From Lama guanicoe (Eukaryota): 64,000 bases of DNA. The translations under genes and the position numbers were made by a program. The notes under the pieces were generated by a model. That model searched no databases. It saw only the letters and a program-made list of their open reading frames with translations, and was not told the origin of the DNA. How positions within the stretch are numbered: position 1 is the first letter of the stretch; the number at the start of each line of letters is the position of its first letter. Below, in pieces: positions 63,540 through 64,000 of the stretch. The stretch spans positions 6,781,957-6,845,956 of the forward strand of contig MU053881.1 of NCBI GenBank assembly GCA_013239625.1, given 5' to 3'.

Positions 63540-63820
63540 TCTCATCCTGGCCTCCCAGACTTCCTAATCAGGCTATTTTTTTGGTGCTTGGCCCTCTTCC
63601 TCTTATTCTCCTCCTTTCCTCTCTAGCAACCTTTCACATGCCAACCCCAGTCCTGCCTAAGAGCTTTGCAATGGCTGTTCCCTCTGCCAGGAATGCTATT
63701 CCCTCTGCCTGGAATGCTCTTCCTCAAAATTGTCATGGCTGGCAACCTCATGTCATAGAGATGTCGCCTCCAAAGAGAGCTTCCCTGATCACTTCCCTCT
63801 TGTCTTTATCCATTCAACAA
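63540..63820 (+). mobile_element. L2 fragment
   Basis: ctttgcaatggctgttccctctgccaggaatgct...ccctctgcctggaatgctcttcc...gagagcttccctgatcac. Confidence 0.7.
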
Positions 63821-64000
63821 AATGACCCAAAGCCTACGAAGCATAAGGCACTTCTAAGCCTTGGGATAGAGAGGTGTCAATAGAAAAGGCTCCTGATGGA
63901 GCTCGCAGTCCAGTAGGGACAGGCAGACAACTAACAGACACCATCTCTGCTGAGAAATGACAGGCTGACTCAAGTGCACTGCAGCGAAGTGAGACCTGGT

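Noticed and set aside
1..64000. Several hundred 60-190 aa ORFs as host genes
   Set aside because: None resembles a protein I recognise except L1 ORF2. Many begin at GTG/TTG, overlap on both strands and lie in repeats. A short spliced exon cannot be excluded without transcript data.
1..64000. CRISPR array, operon or other prokaryote-like system
   Set aside because: No regularly spaced repeats or gene-dense segment; the window is eutherian repeat-rich DNA throughout.

Overview
Mammalian non-coding genomic DNA, either intergenic or deep-intronic. Two tRNA-Ala-derived SINEs of the Vic-1 type and a young L1 point to a camelid. I find no recognisable host protein-coding exon, RNA gene or CpG-island promoter. 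The only ORFs with a recognisable protein are LINE-1 ORF2 remnants. Much of the window is decayed interspersed repeat: MIR, L2, old and young L1, MaLR/ERVL/ERV1 solo LTRs and hAT DNA transposons, often nested and several with readable target-site duplications (TSDs). Repeat-free islands with transcription-factor motif clusters (about 29.9-30.6, 55.0 and 56.9-57.3 kb) look like enhancers, and there are two good CTCF motifs. The most unusual items are a ~205-bp dispersed duplication flanking a CTCF site, a possible 3'UTR retrocopy and a young TSD-flanked L1. I see no evidence of a novel biological system. Repeat subfamily names come from recalled consensus sequences, not from a search, and boundaries without TSDs are approximate.
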